64,000 nucleotides of DNA from a virus: the IMG/VR virus record IMGVR_UViG_3300017963_000029, positions 1 to 64,000 of that record; one strand, written 5' to 3'. The notes under the pieces were generated by a model. It saw only the letters and a list, made by a program, of their open reading frames with translations, searched no databases and had not been told where the DNA came from. A program made the translations under genes and the position numbers. Below are positions 61,921 to 64,000 of the stretch, piece by piece. How positions within the stretch are numbered: position 1 is the stretch's first letter; every line of letters starts with the position of its first letter.

Positions 61921-62757
61921 TTACGCCCTCTTCGCGGCCTGCAGAGCGACAAAGGAAGCCGCGAGAAAGATGCGACCGTCGTCATTGGGGGGCGTGACAC
62001 TGGTGTTGATCTGTGCCTTGAGAGCACCGCCGTCCGGGATGAACAGGTCTTCGGAGGCGATCAAGGAGAAGAAGTCAACGGCGCCATCGGGGGCTACGGT
62101 CACCGAGTCGATCTGGATGTCATTCTGACCATCGCTCATGAAGAGATCGACTTGGATTCCACCAATGGCACTATCCCAGTTGAACACGCGGATGTACGAA
62201 GTCGCCATTCCTCCACCCAAGTCCGGAAGAACCAGAGCGGTGCCCGGTTTGGGCTGTGCCACGACCTGAAGAGAGGCGTCCAGATCCTTACGAACGTTGA
62301 TGACTTCCGCGTCGGTCCACACAGGCCACATCATGGCGCGGCCCGCTGCGACTTGCCCCAGGTCTCTGGAGATGATCTGTTCACCTTCCACCAGGAAGAA
62401 GTTACCTTGCATACCTATTTCGGTTATGGCTACCGCTATCCAGGCAGGTGCTCCCGCAGGAAGACCGATAGTACCTATCTGTAGCTCGTTGCCCTGGCCG
62501 TCCTGGAAGAACATATCGGTAGTGTAGGTTCCGGAAATTCCATTTCCGCCACCCATGTAGTCACCGGACATGGATTCCGGTCTCTGGATCAGACGACCGA
62601 GACCATCATACGGCGACGGAACGATGATCTGGTCGGGTCCGGGGCTCACCAACTGCAGAGACGTGTGGGGTCCCTTGAAGGTATTGAGCCAAGGTTGGGG
62701 TTTCACGGACGGGTTTCCTCCGCCACGATGCTGAAGGGGTTCGTCTCCTCTTGTCAT
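61921..62757 (-). CDS. Two-domain beta-rich structural protein, paralog of 63031-63858
   Basis: FQDGQGNE, LVEGEQI, VVAQPKPG and FNWDS match the neighbouring gene. Confidence 0.65.
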   Translation of the reverse strand: MTRGDEPLQHRGGGNPSVKPQPWLNTFKGPHTSLQLVSPGPDQIIVPSPYDGLGRLIQRPESMSGDYMGGGNGISGTYTTDMFFQDGQGNELQIGTIGLPAGAPAWIAVAITEIGMQGNFFLVEGEQIISRDLGQVAAGRAMMWPVWTDAEVINVRKDLDASLQVVAQPKPGTALVLPDLGGGMATSYIRVFNWDSAIGGIQVDLFMSDGQNDIQIDSVTVAPDGAVDFFSLIASEDLFIPDGGALKAQINTSVTPPNDDGRIFLAASFVALQAAKRA

Positions 62758-62808
62758 TGTATTGTCTGTCCTTCCTCGCCTACAGGGACGGGGTTTTGGG
62801 TTCTACTG

Positions 62809-63021
62809 CTACGACGGGTTCTGCGGGTAGAAGGTCGTTATCATGGTGTCGGCCTCCTGCGCGCTGAATCCCCATCGTTGAAGTCTTCGGTGGAGGCGTT
62901 GTGCGTTGACGCCCTTGTTCACGAGGCAGACCATGGCCTCGTTGATGGCTTCCTGTGAAGCGCCGTCTCGTTTGGCGCGTTGCAAGGTGCGCCGGGCCTC
63001 TGCTCTTTGTTCGATGGGCAT
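62809..63021 (-). CDS. Small helical protein
   Basis: Lies in the minus-strand operon; resembles the C-terminal half of 61667-61918. Confidence 0.5.
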   Translation of the reverse strand: MPIEQRAEARRTLQRAKRDGASQEAINEAMVCLVNKGVNAQRLHRRLQRWGFSAQEADTMITTFYPQNPS

Positions 63022-63030
63022 TTTATCTAC

Positions 63031-63858
63031 CTATCCCAGATCCTTAGGGAGATCGAACTCTGCGAAGAGGGTGGCGATGTACAGCTTGCCGATGGGGTTA
63101 CCATCGTTGGGTTGTACCTCGAGTCGGTACGGGTACGGAAACATGTGAGACTCGATGGTGTCCAAGAAGATGTTTCCGACGCTGTTTGCGCCAACAGAAT
63201 CGGTGTTGGACATCAACACCCGGTTTCCCTGGTCGTCGGACACGTAGCAGTTGAAGGTGTGGGGGTCCGAGTCGTAGTTGAACGCCAGGATGCTGGCCCC
63301 ACAGGGGTAGGAGCTGGTGGCCGGCATCTGCCAGGTCTTGCCCACCGGAGGTTGTGCGATGACTGTTCTTCCTCCGTTCACGATGGGGATGCGCTCGCAG
63401 ATGGCGTTTCGGGCATCGTGGATCGAGACGGGAATGAAAAGCAGTCCGTCGTTACCGGAAGGGTCGCCGCTCGTGATGCGGATGACCACTTTCTCACCCT
63501 CGACGAAACCAAACACGGCACAAGCCGGGTTGGGGGAGGGAATCTGGTCAAAACTTCCGTCCGAGAGAAGGGCGACGGTAGCGAGAGTGATCTCGTTTCC
63601 GTTCGCGTCGATGAAGATCACATCGTAGCCGATGTCCACGCCGCATCGGTTGTACAGGGATCCGATGGTCTGAAAGGCCACGACCCCTGCGAGACGGATC
63701 TTGTCCTTCAAGCCCTCGAGGACGGTGTGCTGACCTCCGGACTTGATGGGGACGATCTCGCCTGCGCCTTTCACGCCTTCGAAAAGGACTACAGGTCCCG
63801 GGCTGGTGTTCTTACCGGCGCGTTTCTGAAGGGGGTTGTCCCCGATTCCAGCTGGCAT
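63031..63858 (-). CDS. Two-domain beta-rich structural protein
   Basis: GAGGAGAAGACATG start; FIDANGNE, FVEGEKV, VIAQPPVG and FNYDS motifs. Confidence 0.65.
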   Translation of the reverse strand: MPAGIGDNPLQKRAGKNTSPGPVVLFEGVKGAGEIVPIKSGGQHTVLEGLKDKIRLAGVVAFQTIGSLYNRCGVDIGYDVIFIDANGNEITLATVALLSDGSFDQIPSPNPACAVFGFVEGEKVVIRITSGDPSGNDGLLFIPVSIHDARNAICERIPIVNGGRTVIAQPPVGKTWQMPATSSYPCGASILAFNYDSDPHTFNCYVSDDQGNRVLMSNTDSVGANSVGNIFLDTIESHMFPYPYRLEVQPNDGNPIGKLYIATLFAEFDLPKDLG

Positions 63859-64000
63859 GTCTTCTCCTCACCTACAGGGGTTGAGAGTCGCTTCAGATTA
63901 CCACGATTACGTATTAAAGGAAGAGGTCTGTAGCGTGCCAAAACAATGTTACCCAGGCTTGCCGCGGTACTTCTGCCACTCCCGATAGAAATCCCTCCAG

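Noticed and set aside
1-64000. tRNA/rRNA genes, IS elements, introns/inteins
   Set aside because: None recognised by eye; PolA, helicase and primase have no obvious large insertions. A tRNAscan/Rfam run is needed to exclude them formally.

Overview
This window looks like most of the genome of a GC-rich, tailless dsDNA bacterial virus with an internal membrane. I see no terminase, portal, HK97 capsid or tail-tube/tape-measure genes. (i) 1-16.5 kb and 61-64 kb, mostly minus strand, are a virion module. It holds a likely single-jelly-roll major capsid gene (11255-11917) followed by a hairpin and two more beta-rich capsid-like genes. It also holds a transglutaminase-like Cys protease, Lys/Arg-rich core-like proteins sharing a 38-aa repeat, a 1104-aa protein with about 8 PG-binding-like repeats, many C-terminally anchored membrane proteins, SLT and M23 muralytic enzymes, and a tyrosine recombinase. 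(ii) 16.9-28.8 kb, plus strand, encodes spike/fibre-like proteins, a glycoside-hydrolase-like protein and an effector cluster (NUDIX, papain-like, dual-specificity phosphatase, a 4-domain polyprotein, JAB/RadC). (iii) 29.8-30.2 kb is an iteron-rich nested inverted repeat next to a primase-helicase, where GC skew appears to flip; it is the likely replication origin. (iv) 33-61 kb, plus strand, encodes Cas4-like nuclease, SF2 helicase, SSB-like protein, PolA, a dual-frame C5 DNA methyltransferase, an N6-MTase, HNH, radical SAM, sulfotransferase, J-domain protein, CHAP endolysin, sigma-region-4 protein, HD hydrolase, dCMP deaminase and a divergent second copy of the capsid gene. A DAG-repeat lipoprotein suggests a Myxococcota host. 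The best novelty candidates are a recurring hydrophobic-x-G-L-(G/D/E) motif that may be a protease-cleaved virion tag, and the capsid paralog among early genes. All family calls come from reading motifs by eye; no searches were run.
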